64,000 bases of DNA from Nitrospirota bacterium (GTDB taxonomy: Bacteria > Nitrospirota > UBA9217): the NCBI GenBank assembly GCA_963790205.1, contig CAWBNQ010000001.1:224001-288000 (forward strand). The letters run 5' to 3'. Positions 28,048 to 37,121 of the stretch are shown here, in pieces (within the stretch, counting starts at the first letter, position 1; each line of letters starts with the position of its first letter). The notes beneath the pieces were generated by a model that did no database searches, was not told the origin of the DNA, and saw only the letters and a program-made list of their open reading frames with translations. The position numbers and the translations under genes were made by a program.

Positions 28048-29481
28048 ATGAAGATCGGCATTACCTATCGGCTGTTTCTCTCTATCCTGGGGGCCACGGG
28101 CCTGGCCATTCTTTCCCTGTTTTTTATCATGCGGTGGAACATTGACCGGGGGTTTTATCAGTACCTCAAGACTCTGGATCAGAGCAGACTGGAGCAGATA
28201 GCCGCCAACCTGGAAGAGGCCTACACGAAACATGGGAATTGGGATTTTCTGAGAGACAACCCGAGACTCGAGATGGGAAGAAGCCTCCTGAATGCGCGGC
28301 CTGACGATGCCGCAGAGGGTACCTCGAATAAAATTGAAGACGGCCGGGAGACGCGGCCCCTGCCACGGGACCCACGGGGCGGTCGCCGCTCACGATGGCC
28401 CTTTATCGTTCTTGACGCAGAGCGAAAGCCGGTCTTCGGAAAAACCGGGGAAACGGAGGGGATGGACTTCAGACCTGTTTTCCACAACGGAACGACCGTG
28501 GGCTATATAGGCCTCCTGCCGCCAAAACAATTTCTGAACCCCCATCAGCTGCAGTTTCTCAGACAGCAGAAATCGGCTCTCTTCCTGGCCGCAGGCGGGA
28601 TGGTGCTGGCAGTCATGATATTTTCGTTCCCCTTGGCAAAACGCTTGGTGCGTCCGATAAAGGCTATGACTGCGGCAACCGATGCTCTTGCCTCCGGAAA
28701 GTATACGGTCCGCGTTCCGGCCGGCTCTTCGGATGAGTTGGGGCAGCTTGCCCGTAACTTTAACACGATGGCGTTGACCCTTGAGAAGAATGAACAGGCG
28801 CGGCGGCAATGGCTTGCCGACATTTCCCATGAACTGCGGACGCCCATTGCAGTGCTGCGGGGCGAACTTGAGGCGCTTTTGGATGGAATCCGCACCATTG
28901 CTCCGGAAACGGTGCAATCGCTTCACGCAGAGGCGATGCGCCTGAACCGTCTTGTGGATGACCTCTACCAGCTTTCCCTGTCCGATATCGGCGCCTTGAC
29001 CTACCGGAAGGAGAATCTAGATCTGGCCGAGGCGCTCGCGGATTCCCTGGAGTCCTACCGAACGGAGTTCGGCCGGAAGGGCATCGGAATCACCGAAGAT
29101 TTTTCCCGGGAACGAGAGGTCCCGGTGTTCGGCGACCGGGAACGGCTGAACCAGCTTTTCGCGAACGTGCTCGAGAATTCGCTGAGATACACTGACAGGG
29201 GAGGGGAGCTCGTCATCGGTCTTACGCTTACGGAAGGGCACGTCACCGTTGAATTTAAAGACTCTCCGCCGGGGGTGCCGAAGGAAGAACTGGACAGACT
29301 GTTCGAGCGTCTCTACCGCGTGGAAGGGTCTCGCAGCCGGACATCAGGCGGGGCGGGTCTCGGCCTGGCAATCTGCAAAAACATCGTCGAAGCCCACGAG
29401 GGAACGATCTCCGCCCATTCATCTCCGCTGGGCGGACTGCTGATCAGGATCACCTTCCCGGTCGCTGTGAGGAGCGTATGA
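28048..29481 (+). CDS. baeS: Sensor histidine kinase, BaeS-like
   Basis: Two TM helices, HAMP (DELGQLARNFN), ADISHELRTP, N box, GAGLGLAI. Confidence 0.88.
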   Translation: MKIGITYRLFLSILGATGLAILSLFFIMRWNIDRGFYQYLKTLDQSRLEQIAANLEEAYTKHGNWDFLRDNPRLEMGRSLLNARPDDAAEGTSNKIEDGRETRPLPRDPRGGRRSRWPFIVLDAERKPVFGKTGETEGMDFRPVFHNGTTVGYIGLLPPKQFLNPHQLQFLRQQKSALFLAAGGMVLAVMIFSFPLAKRLVRPIKAMTAATDALASGKYTVRVPAGSSDELGQLARNFNTMALTLEKNEQARRQWLADISHELRTPIAVLRGELEALLDGIRTIAPETVQSLHAEAMRLNRLVDDLYQLSLSDIGALTYRKENLDLAEALADSLESYRTEFGRKGIGITEDFSREREVPVFGDRERLNQLFANVLENSLRYTDRGGELVIGLTLTEGHVTVEFKDSPPGVPKEELDRLFERLYRVEGSRSRTSGGAGLGLAICKNIVEAHEGTISAHSSPLGGLLIRITFPVAVRSV

Positions 29482-30149
29482 ACGGAAAAATCCTCATTGT
29501 TGAGGACGAGGCGAAATTGGCGAACCTGCTGGTCGATTACTTAAGGGCATCCGGGTTCGAGCCTTTTTCGCTGGCAAATGGAAACGAGGCGGTGCCCTGG
29601 ATCAGGGAACACAAGCCGGACCTGGTGCTCCTCGATCTGATGCTGCCGGGACGCGAGGGGACGGATATCTGCAGGGAAGTCCGGACCTTTTCCCAGGTCC
29701 CCGTTATCATGGTGACGGCGAAGATTGAGGAGATCGACCGTTTACTCGGGCTCGAGCTCGGGGCCGACGACTATATCTGCAAGCCCTTCAGCCCCCGCGA
29801 AGTCGTTGCGCGGGTCAAGGCGGTCCTTCGGCGGGCTCGCGATGGAAAGACCGTTCAGGCGCACGGTCTCGTTCTGGATGAACACCGCTATCGGGCCACG
29901 TTCCGTGGACATGACCTGGGTCTCACGGCCGTGGAATTCAAGCTGCTGCAAGCCCTTGCCGTCAACCCGGGACGTTTATACGGCCGCCAGCAACTCATGG
30001 AAAAAATTTACCCGGATGACCGTTTCGTCAGCGACCGCACGATCGACGGCCATATAAAAAAATTGCGCAGGAAACTGGAGACGATCGACCCGGAAGCGAA
30101 GCTTATCCAGTCAGTATACGGCGTCGGCTACAAGCTTGAGCCCGAGTAG
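29478..30149 (+). CDS. baeR: OmpR-family response regulator, BaeR-like
   Basis: LDLMLPG, EEIDRLLGLELGADDYICKPFSPREVVARV, SVYGVGY. Confidence 0.88.
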   Translation: MNGKILIVEDEAKLANLLVDYLRASGFEPFSLANGNEAVPWIREHKPDLVLLDLMLPGREGTDICREVRTFSQVPVIMVTAKIEEIDRLLGLELGADDYICKPFSPREVVARVKAVLRRARDGKTVQAHGLVLDEHRYRATFRGHDLGLTAVEFKLLQALAVNPGRLYGRQQLMEKIYPDDRFVSDRTIDGHIKKLRRKLETIDPEAKLIQSVYGVGYKLEPE

Positions 30150-30253
30150 TCATCAGTGCCGACTCCTTCGGGTATCTTCCCTGGTTGTCCCTTTCATCCT
30201 GACACCTTGTCTCTGTCTTTTACCTCACGCCGGTACTCCATTACCATCCTCCA

Positions 30254-31489
30254 TCACTTTCCCGAATCTAAAGTGTCGGTCCGCGCCAGCTGCGGGAAAA
30301 ACCGCATCCAGAGCGCGACGACGATGATCGTGCCGATGCCGCCGATCAGGACGGCGTAAACCGCGCCGAACCAGGCCGCAGTGATCCCCGACTCGAACTC
30401 TCCCAGTTGGTTCGATGTTCCGATGAACAAGGAGTTAACGGCGCTTACCCGGCCCCGCATCTCGTCAGGCGTCTCCATCTGGACCAGCGAGTGCCTGATG
30501 ACTACGCTGATCACGTCGGCGGCCCCGAGCACGGTAAGGGCGGCCAGGGACAGGATGAAGGACGTCGAAAGAGCGAACACGATGGTTGCGGCGCCGAAGA
30601 CCGCGACGGCGTTGAACATGGTCCTGCCCACGCGGCGCTTGAGCGGCCGGCGGGCCAGGAAAAGGGACATGGCGAGGGCGCCCACTGCAGGCGCCGACCG
30701 GAGGAGGCCCAGCCCCCACGGTCCGGTCATGAGAATGTCGCGCGCATAGATCGGCAAGAGAGCTGTAGCGCCGCCCAGAAGCACGGCAAAGAGGTCGAGG
30801 GATATGGCGCCCAGGACCTCGGGACGGCTGCGGATGAAGGTGATGCCGGCGAACACGGATTTTATGGTTGCGGGTTCGCGCGTGACGGAAGTGTGGGTAG
30901 AACGGATGAAACCGAGAAGTACGCTTGCAGCCAGGAACAGGACCCCCGCTGCCGCATAAACCTCGGTCGGGCCCGCCGTATACAGGAGGCCGCCGAGCGC
31001 CGGCCCGACAATGGTTGCCGTCTGCATGGCCGACGCGGACCAGGCAAGTGCTCGCGGAAGGAGCGGGCCGGGAACCAGGCCGGGCAGGAGCGACTGTATG
31101 GTCGGCCCTTCAAAGGCGTGTACGGCGCCGACGACGAACATGATGATGAGGATGGTTTCCTTGCTCTGCCAGCCGGCGGCGCTCCCCCAAGCCAGCGCGA
31201 AAGCGGCCAGGCCTTCAATGATCTGGCAGAGCCGCGCAATGGTGCGGCGATCGTACCGGTCTGCAACATGGCCCACAACGAGCGTCAGCAGGAACATGGG
31301 CAGGAACTGCGCAAGCCCGACGAGGCCGAGATACAATGCACTGCCGGTGAGGGCATAGATCTGCCAACCCACGGCAACGGCCTGCATCTGGAAGGCGACC
31401 ATGGTCGCCACCCGGGCGAACCAGAACAGGGCGAACGAACGGTGCCGCAGGATCGCTTGCGGTTCATCTGGATCGAGAGAGGAAATCAT
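30254..31489 (-). CDS. MFS transporter (MFS_3/EntS-like)
   Basis: About 12 TM helices; GHVADRYDRR, SLDLFAVLLGGA, TPDEMRGRV. Confidence 0.88.
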   Translation of the reverse strand: MISSLDPDEPQAILRHRSFALFWFARVATMVAFQMQAVAVGWQIYALTGSALYLGLVGLAQFLPMFLLTLVVGHVADRYDRRTIARLCQIIEGLAAFALAWGSAAGWQSKETILIIMFVVGAVHAFEGPTIQSLLPGLVPGPLLPRALAWSASAMQTATIVGPALGGLLYTAGPTEVYAAAGVLFLAASVLLGFIRSTHTSVTREPATIKSVFAGITFIRSRPEVLGAISLDLFAVLLGGATALLPIYARDILMTGPWGLGLLRSAPAVGALAMSLFLARRPLKRRVGRTMFNAVAVFGAATIVFALSTSFILSLAALTVLGAADVISVVIRHSLVQMETPDEMRGRVSAVNSLFIGTSNQLGEFESGITAAWFGAVYAVLIGGIGTIIVVALWMRFFPQLARTDTLDSGK

Positions 31490-31787
31490 GTCGTTATTTA
31501 TGATAGACCGTGCGGGATTCTACTCGAGGACGTATTCATACCTTTCTTCAATCCTGGGAGGATAAAAACCGATTGCGTGGACTTCAGCGGGGTTCAAGAA
31601 TCTGGGGAAAAAGCTCTCCCGCCTTTCTATGGCATCTTTATATACCATAATTACGCGGAGAAGTAAGGATTTTTTTAGACGAGGAAGCAAGATTCGCGTC
31701 AACGCTGTTGGGATTTATCAAGTCCGTCACATAGGCAGCCGAGCCTATATTCTAAGTCACTCGACTGATTCAAGCGCACCGCCCCGC

Positions 31788-32255
31788 TCATTTTCCATCA
31801 CCTATTTTCCGGCTACGATAAACATCGTAATCCGGCACAAGACGATCATAGTCGCCATCCATCAAGGGGGAGGATATCATGAAATCGGCGGAGGCGCGAT
31901 TGCAGGCAATTGGAATATTCCAAACTACCGCCATGCGCAAGAGCGCCTTAACATCCGGATCGTGGGGCTGCGGTTCGAGCGGGTCCCAGAAAAAGATGAG
32001 AAAGTCAATCCTGCCGTCGGCTATCTTGGCGCCGATTTGCAGATCTCCGCCCAAAGGTCAGCTCTGGAGTTTGTTAATCTTGAAGCCAAGCTCTTGTTCC
32101 AAAATCTCACCGGTTGTCCCTGTCGCGTATATCGTGTGATGCTCCAGGAGCGCTTGATTGTATTTTGACCATTCAACCAAATCGCGCTTTTTATTGTCGT
32201 GCGCGACGAGGGCAATCTTTTTATCATGTTTCATGGCTATTTTCTTGTGATTCAC
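31788..32255 (-). pseudogene. mgsA: Methylglyoxal synthase interrupted by an in-frame TGA
   Basis: IALVAHDNKK, YATGTTG, S-[TGA 32058-32060]-[25 protein letters not shown]; both track ORFs are in the same frame. Confidence 0.9.
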
Positions 32256-32289
32256 GTAAATTCCCCTCCCTCCCATTCACACGAACCAT

Positions 32290-33294
32290 TCAATTCTGTT
32301 TTGATCGAAGGCTTTCGATGGCGCGTTTTGCCCAGGTGCTGTCTTGCAGGATGGCCCTTCCGACGCCGATCAGGTCTGCCTTCTTCTCCGCCAAAAATCT
32401 CTCTGCGGCCTCTGCTTCGGTGATCCCGCCGGTGAGGACCACGGGAATGGAAACAGCGCTCTTGATGGCCTCGCTCAAGGGAGCAAAATAACCCTGCTCA
32501 AGGAGACCGGGGGGAGTATATCCCACAAACCCGCCGGAAATATGAATGATATCCGCCCCTGCCTTTTCGAATGCCCGGGCGGCGAGCTTGCTGTCTTCGA
32601 TCGTCGTTCCGCCTTCCGTATAATCCGAGGCCCCTAACCGTACCTGGATGGGGAAATCCGGCCCGACTGCCGAACGCACCGCCTCGATCACCTGGAGGTG
32701 AATGCGAATGCGGTTGGAAATATCTCCGCCGTATTCGTCCGTCCGTTTGTTCGTGAGGGGAGACAGGAATTGGTTGAGAAGGTAACCATGAGCGGAATGG
32801 ATCTCCACGGCGTCGAAGCCAGCCTCCTTGACCCTGCGGCCGGCGTCTTTAAAGGCGCTCACAATATCCCCGATCTCCTTCCGGGTGATCTCGCGGGGCA
32901 GATCGCCGCGCCTCGGGTTCGCTGTTGCTGAAGGAGCCAGGGGCGACGTTCCCGTGACGTCTCTGAGCGCCGCGCTTCCGGCGTGGTTGATCTGCATTGC
33001 GGCCTTAGATCCGTTCCGGTGAATGACATCCGCCAATGTCCGCAAGCCAGGGACCATGGCGTCACCGGAAACGGAAAGCTGATTGTCGCTTGCCTTTCCT
33101 TCCGGGGATATGTAGCTGTGCTCGATGATGATCAAAGAAATGTATCCGCTCCGGGATTTTTCCTCGTAGTAGTCGAGAAGCGCCTTGCTTACTTTTCCGT
33201 CAGGCCCGGCTTTTGCGGTAGCCATCGGCGGCATGACCAGCCGGTTGGCCAGGTTCATTGAACGTACTTTTAAAGGTTTGAGGAGATAGGACAT
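32290..33294 (-). CDS. NADH:flavin oxidoreductase (Old Yellow Enzyme family)
   Basis: NRLVMPPM, QINHAG, AGFDAVEIHSAHGYLLNQFLSP, NKRTDEYGG. Confidence 0.93.
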   Translation of the reverse strand: MSYLLKPLKVRSMNLANRLVMPPMATAKAGPDGKVSKALLDYYEEKSRSGYISLIIIEHSYISPEGKASDNQLSVSGDAMVPGLRTLADVIHRNGSKAAMQINHAGSAALRDVTGTSPLAPSATANPRRGDLPREITRKEIGDIVSAFKDAGRRVKEAGFDAVEIHSAHGYLLNQFLSPLTNKRTDEYGGDISNRIRIHLQVIEAVRSAVGPDFPIQVRLGASDYTEGGTTIEDSKLAARAFEKAGADIIHISGGFVGYTPPGLLEQGYFAPLSEAIKSAVSIPVVLTGGITEAEAAERFLAEKKADLIGVGRAILQDSTWAKRAIESLRSKQN

Positions 33295-33316
33295 AAATTA
33301 ATCAGCCTCCACATGA

Positions 33317-33946
33317 TTATCGTATTACACTCTTCAATATTTCTGCTGAATTCTTCACAATGACGAGCTTCTCGAGATTCTTTAAAGACCGCTCATGCGC
33401 TTCCTTGTCCATCGAAGAAACGCAATCGGAAACAACCACCGGGTAGAACCCCCTGTTTGAGGCATCACGCGCCGATGACTCAATTCCCATCTCCGTCGCT
33501 ATGCCGGTGAATATCAGAGTCGTTATATGCCTGTTCCTCATCATATTTTCAAAGGTGGTCCCGATGAAAATGCTCGCCGTCGATTTATCCAGAAGGATAT
33601 CTCCCTTCGCCGGTCTTACGGCTTCAGGGATCTCTCTTTCCCGTGAGCCCGGCGGCATGAAATGAGGCAGCTTGTCGACCTCCTTGACGTTATAGCGCCT
33701 CATCATATTATAAATGCTCCAGGAGGACTGAAATTCCCTCGGAAGGGGAGTTATCAGGGTATATACAACGGGCATTTTATTTCTTAAGATATCCACAAAG
33801 CGTTTCAAGTTGCCTATGAATTCTTCCTTATTAAAGATTCTGTCTACAAGGCCATTTTGGACGTCCCAGACGATAAGACATGAATGACCGGGATCGACTA
33901 TTTCCGCCAGATCTTCATATATGGCAATTCCATTTGCGTGTATCAT
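33317..33946 (-). CDS. Isochorismatase-family hydrolase (YecD-like)
   Basis: LIVWDVQN, K...SIFIGT, GIATEMGIESSARDA. Confidence 0.85.
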   Translation of the reverse strand: MIHANGIAIYEDLAEIVDPGHSCLIVWDVQNGLVDRIFNKEEFIGNLKRFVDILRNKMPVVYTLITPLPREFQSSWSIYNMMRRYNVKEVDKLPHFMPPGSREREIPEAVRPAKGDILLDKSTASIFIGTTFENMMRNRHITTLIFTGIATEMGIESSARDASNRGFYPVVVSDCVSSMDKEAHERSLKNLEKLVIVKNSAEILKSVIR

Positions 33947-34036
33947 CGATAGCTCCTTTCTGAGCAACGGCTATTTCTCGAATTCTGCAATTTCCATCCT
34001 GTGCGCAGACGCTGCACGCTTTTTCGAAAAGGGAAC

Positions 34037-34861
34037 TTACTGTATCAGCGTCGGATAGAGCTTCGATGCGATAATGACCAGGACTGTATAGATCAGTCCC
34101 AGAATGACAACATCGAACGCGAACCCATACGCGCTGTGACCGCCCTGAATCATAAGTCCCCGTAAGATGTCCACCAAATAGGTCAGGGGGTTGATCCTCG
34201 CAAATACCAGTAACCATTTCGGCATGAGCTCGAGCGGGTAGATCGCGTTGCTTGCGAAAAAAAGCGGCATCGTGAGCACCTGGCCGATCCCCATGAAACG
34301 TTCCCGGGTCTTCACGATGCAGGCGATAATGAGAGAAAACGTCGAAAAGATCGCCGATCCGAGGACAACGGCAAGAAGCACGCCCAGGATCGCATGCGGG
34401 CTCAGCCTGATCTCAATTCGCATGAGGAAAGCAATAACGTAGATGATAAGAGCCTGGATCAACCCCCGAAATCCGGCGGAAATCGCTTTTCCGAGTACCA
34501 ATGCGCCCCGATAGGCCGGGCTCACCAGGAGTTTATGAACGATCCCCAGGTCCCGCTCCCAAATGACCGCGATCCCGTAAAAGATCGCGCTGAACAGCAC
34601 GCTTTGCGCTAAAATCCCGGGGCACATAAAGGCCAGGTAACTGATGTTGCCGGTAGGAATGCCCCGGACCCGGCTGAAAACCTGGCCAAAGACCACTAAC
34701 CAGAGGATCGGCTGGACAGCGCGGGAAAAAAGTTCGGTAGGATCACGGAGGAGTTTCCTCAGCTCGGATTCTCCTATCGCAATGCTCTGTCCCATGAAGT
34801 CGGTAAGAGAAAAGGAATCAACCGAGCCGAGTGACCGTGCTTCGTGTTCTCCGGACGTCAC
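34037..34861 (-). CDS. ABC-2 type permease
   Basis: PGILAQSVLF, WERDLG, FASNAIYP, INPLTY. Confidence 0.9.
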   Translation of the reverse strand: MTSGEHEARSLGSVDSFSLTDFMGQSIAIGESELRKLLRDPTELFSRAVQPILWLVVFGQVFSRVRGIPTGNISYLAFMCPGILAQSVLFSAIFYGIAVIWERDLGIVHKLLVSPAYRGALVLGKAISAGFRGLIQALIIYVIAFLMRIEIRLSPHAILGVLLAVVLGSAIFSTFSLIIACIVKTRERFMGIGQVLTMPLFFASNAIYPLELMPKWLLVFARINPLTYLVDILRGLMIQGGHSAYGFAFDVVILGLIYTVLVIIASKLYPTLIQ

Positions 34862-35654
34862 GGTAATTCCCCCCTTCTGTGATCAGGACCCCGCAGCAAT
34901 GAGCAAAAACATCGTCCAGCGTGGCCGTGGGGCTGATCGCCGTTTTTAAATCCGCGGGCTTACCGATCGCGGCGACTTTTCCTTCATGTAAAATGGCAAG
35001 CTCATCGCAGAGCTGGTCCGCCTCTTCCATATCGTGCGTCGTGATGAGGACCGTCATGCTGTAATCCCGTCTCAAATCCAGCAGCCGGTCCCACACATTT
35101 CGCTTCGCCACCGGGTCAAGACCGATCGTCGGTTCATCAAGAAAGAGGACAACGGGATGATGGAGCATCGCCTGGGCAAGCTCCAGTCTTCTTATCATCC
35201 CGCCCGAATACGTCTTGACGAGCTTTTTTGCCGAGTCTTCTAGGCCCATAAATTTCAACACTTCGTCGATTCGGGCAGCTCTTTCCGATCCGGGCATTCG
35301 ATAGAGCTTGGCGGAAAGCACTAAGTTCTCACGTCCTGTCAAAGCGCCGTCTGCGGAAAGCATTTGAGGAACATATCCGATCCGCCTCCGTACTTGGGCG
35401 GGCCCGGCGACCACATCGAAGCCGGCCACGGTTGCCGCCCCGGAAGTCGGAGCAAGGAGGGTCGTGAGCATTTTGATCGTTGTGCTTTTCCCGGCGCCGT
35501 TCGGCCCGAGGAGGCCGAAAATCCGGCCGCACCTGACCTGGAGATCGACCCGATTGACTGCTGTTTGCTGGCCGAACGTTCGAGTCAGGCTCATCGTCTG
35601 AATGGCGAGGCTCTCTGTGAAGCCCGAGCTATCGTCTCGATGCGGATCCTTCAT
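34818..35654 (-). CDS. ABC-2 (DrrA-like) ATP-binding protein
   Basis: GPNGAGKST, YSGGMIRRLE, LFLDEPTIGLD. Confidence 0.93.
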   Translation of the reverse strand: MKDPHRDDSSGFTESLAIQTMSLTRTFGQQTAVNRVDLQVRCGRIFGLLGPNGAGKSTTIKMLTTLLAPTSGAATVAGFDVVAGPAQVRRRIGYVPQMLSADGALTGRENLVLSAKLYRMPGSERAARIDEVLKFMGLEDSAKKLVKTYSGGMIRRLELAQAMLHHPVVLFLDEPTIGLDPVAKRNVWDRLLDLRRDYSMTVLITTHDMEEADQLCDELAILHEGKVAAIGKPADLKTAISPTATLDDVFAHCCGVLITEGGNYRDVRRTRSTVTRLG

Positions 35655-35696
35655 TCTTTTATCCTGTTCCGTGAATCTCGTTCATGATCTGAATAA

Positions 35697-36623
35697 TTAT
35701 ATTCCGGAATGAACGATAATCACCGGAATTGCGGCGTTTAAGATTGTTTCCCGGGCCGTGCTTCCGAAAAAGGCATTGAGTAAGGCGTTCCTGCCGTGAG
35801 TCCCCATGATCACCAACGAATAGCCGTCGTTGCTTTCCTCGTACACCGCGCTGGAGGATCGTCTCGCCTTGTCCTCGACTTTGTATTCACACGGCACGCC
35901 GTATTTCTGAAAAAAAAGCGCTTTCCGTTTCATGGATTCGACGGCAGCTTCGCGGATCGTGACAGTTATCTCATCGAAATTGACAGGGACCCCGGAGACC
36001 GCACTATTATCCAGAACGACACTGTAGCTGTCCCACAGACAATGAAACAGGACCACGCGCGCTTCGATGCGCTTCGCGAGAGAAAGGGCATATTGCTCGG
36101 CGGCCCGGCTGTTTTTCCCAAGATCGGTCGCAACGAGAATTCGCAGTTGCCAGGGGCCGGTGAGCTCCTGGTCTTTTTTCTGGGCCGCGGGGCCGACCAC
36201 CATAACGGGCCTTTGAGCGTGGCGCACGACTTCTTCCGCGACGCTTCCTATCCGGAAACGCTTCATTCCCTTCAGTCCCTGCGTACCCATAACGACAAAT
36301 TCCGGCGCAGGCTTTGCGCGCAGGGCCTTCAGGATCTGCTCGGGAGGGGAGCCGCCTTGTATGAGACAGCGTGCGGGGACTTGATACCGCCTGCCGGCCT
36401 CATTCAGATTTTCCCGATGCCGGGTATGCCACGCGCGAACGCGGGGTGAGTCGAACCTGTCGTGCGGGTATGCGTTCAGGTCTTCCACATAAAGGAGGTC
36501 GATCCCGGTTTTGAGTTGTTTCGCCAAAGAAGTGGCGGCGCTTCGCATTGCCTGCGAGCGCTCTTTGCCGGAGTCGGTCTGATTTTCAATGTCGTCAGCA
36601 ACTAAAATCGAACGTTGCGGCAT
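35697..36623 (-). CDS. Tandem universal stress protein
   Basis: VVMGTQG...GSVAEEVVR and ILVATD...IMGTHGR...FGSTARET: two USP domains. Confidence 0.88.
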   Translation of the reverse strand: MPQRSILVADDIENQTDSGKERSQAMRSAATSLAKQLKTGIDLLYVEDLNAYPHDRFDSPRVRAWHTRHRENLNEAGRRYQVPARCLIQGGSPPEQILKALRAKPAPEFVVMGTQGLKGMKRFRIGSVAEEVVRHAQRPVMVVGPAAQKKDQELTGPWQLRILVATDLGKNSRAAEQYALSLAKRIEARVVLFHCLWDSYSVVLDNSAVSGVPVNFDEITVTIREAAVESMKRKALFFQKYGVPCEYKVEDKARRSSSAVYEESNDGYSLVIMGTHGRNALLNAFFGSTARETILNAAIPVIIVHSGI

Positions 36624-36780
36624 ATTCCATTCTCCCTGCGAGGTATCGCTGTTGCTTTACTTTCTAGAAGATATCACGTCAACGATGGTTTATCAAGGAC
36701 GAACACGCCGATTTTGCGATCAAAGCATGTTGACGTTACGTTCCTGGTTGCATATGACAAGGTCGATGAGCGGGCCGTTC

Positions 36781-36999
36781 GCGAACGGCCGAACACGATC
36801 GGGATCGATCTCGCGCCCGACAGGGAACACCGTCCCCCTCCTGCACCGCACTTATCGTCTACCGTGAAATGCCGCATGCAGCCAGGGGCACGCCCTCCGG
36901 GGAATTCAGAAGAAGAGAAAAGGTCTTTAAGAATTATGAAAAGACGATGGCATGGAAAGGCGGGAAGGCATGAGCACAGGATATCTCTAGAAATTGGAA
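36781..36999 (+). pseudogene. Decayed duplicate of the 3' end of the SprT-like gene (9837-10083)
   Basis: Colinear blocks GCGAACGG.CGAACACGATC, GCAC..ATCGTCTA..TGAAATGC, ATTATGAAAAG.CGATGGC.TGG.AAGGCGG.AA.GCATGAGCACAGG; frameshifts and an internal deletion. Confidence 0.85.
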
Positions 37000-37065
37000 G
37001 GCGACTATTTCCAGTTGTACTGCGCATTCCCCTTTTGTTTTGCGCCTGACGGAAAGGACAAAATG

Positions 37066-37104
37066 AAAAGAGGCTTGGATACAATCCTCATCTAAGCCTC
37101 TTTT
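37066..37104. terminator. Bidirectional-type intrinsic terminator after giant gene
   Basis: AAAAGAGGCTTGGAT...ATCTAAGCCTCTTTT. Confidence 0.7.
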
Positions 37105-37121
37105 CTCGCCTCATCAGCAGA

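Noticed and set aside
32058..32060. Selenocysteine or alternative genetic code at the mgsA TGA
   Set aside because: The position is a conserved Gly, not Cys, and many genes here end in TGA.
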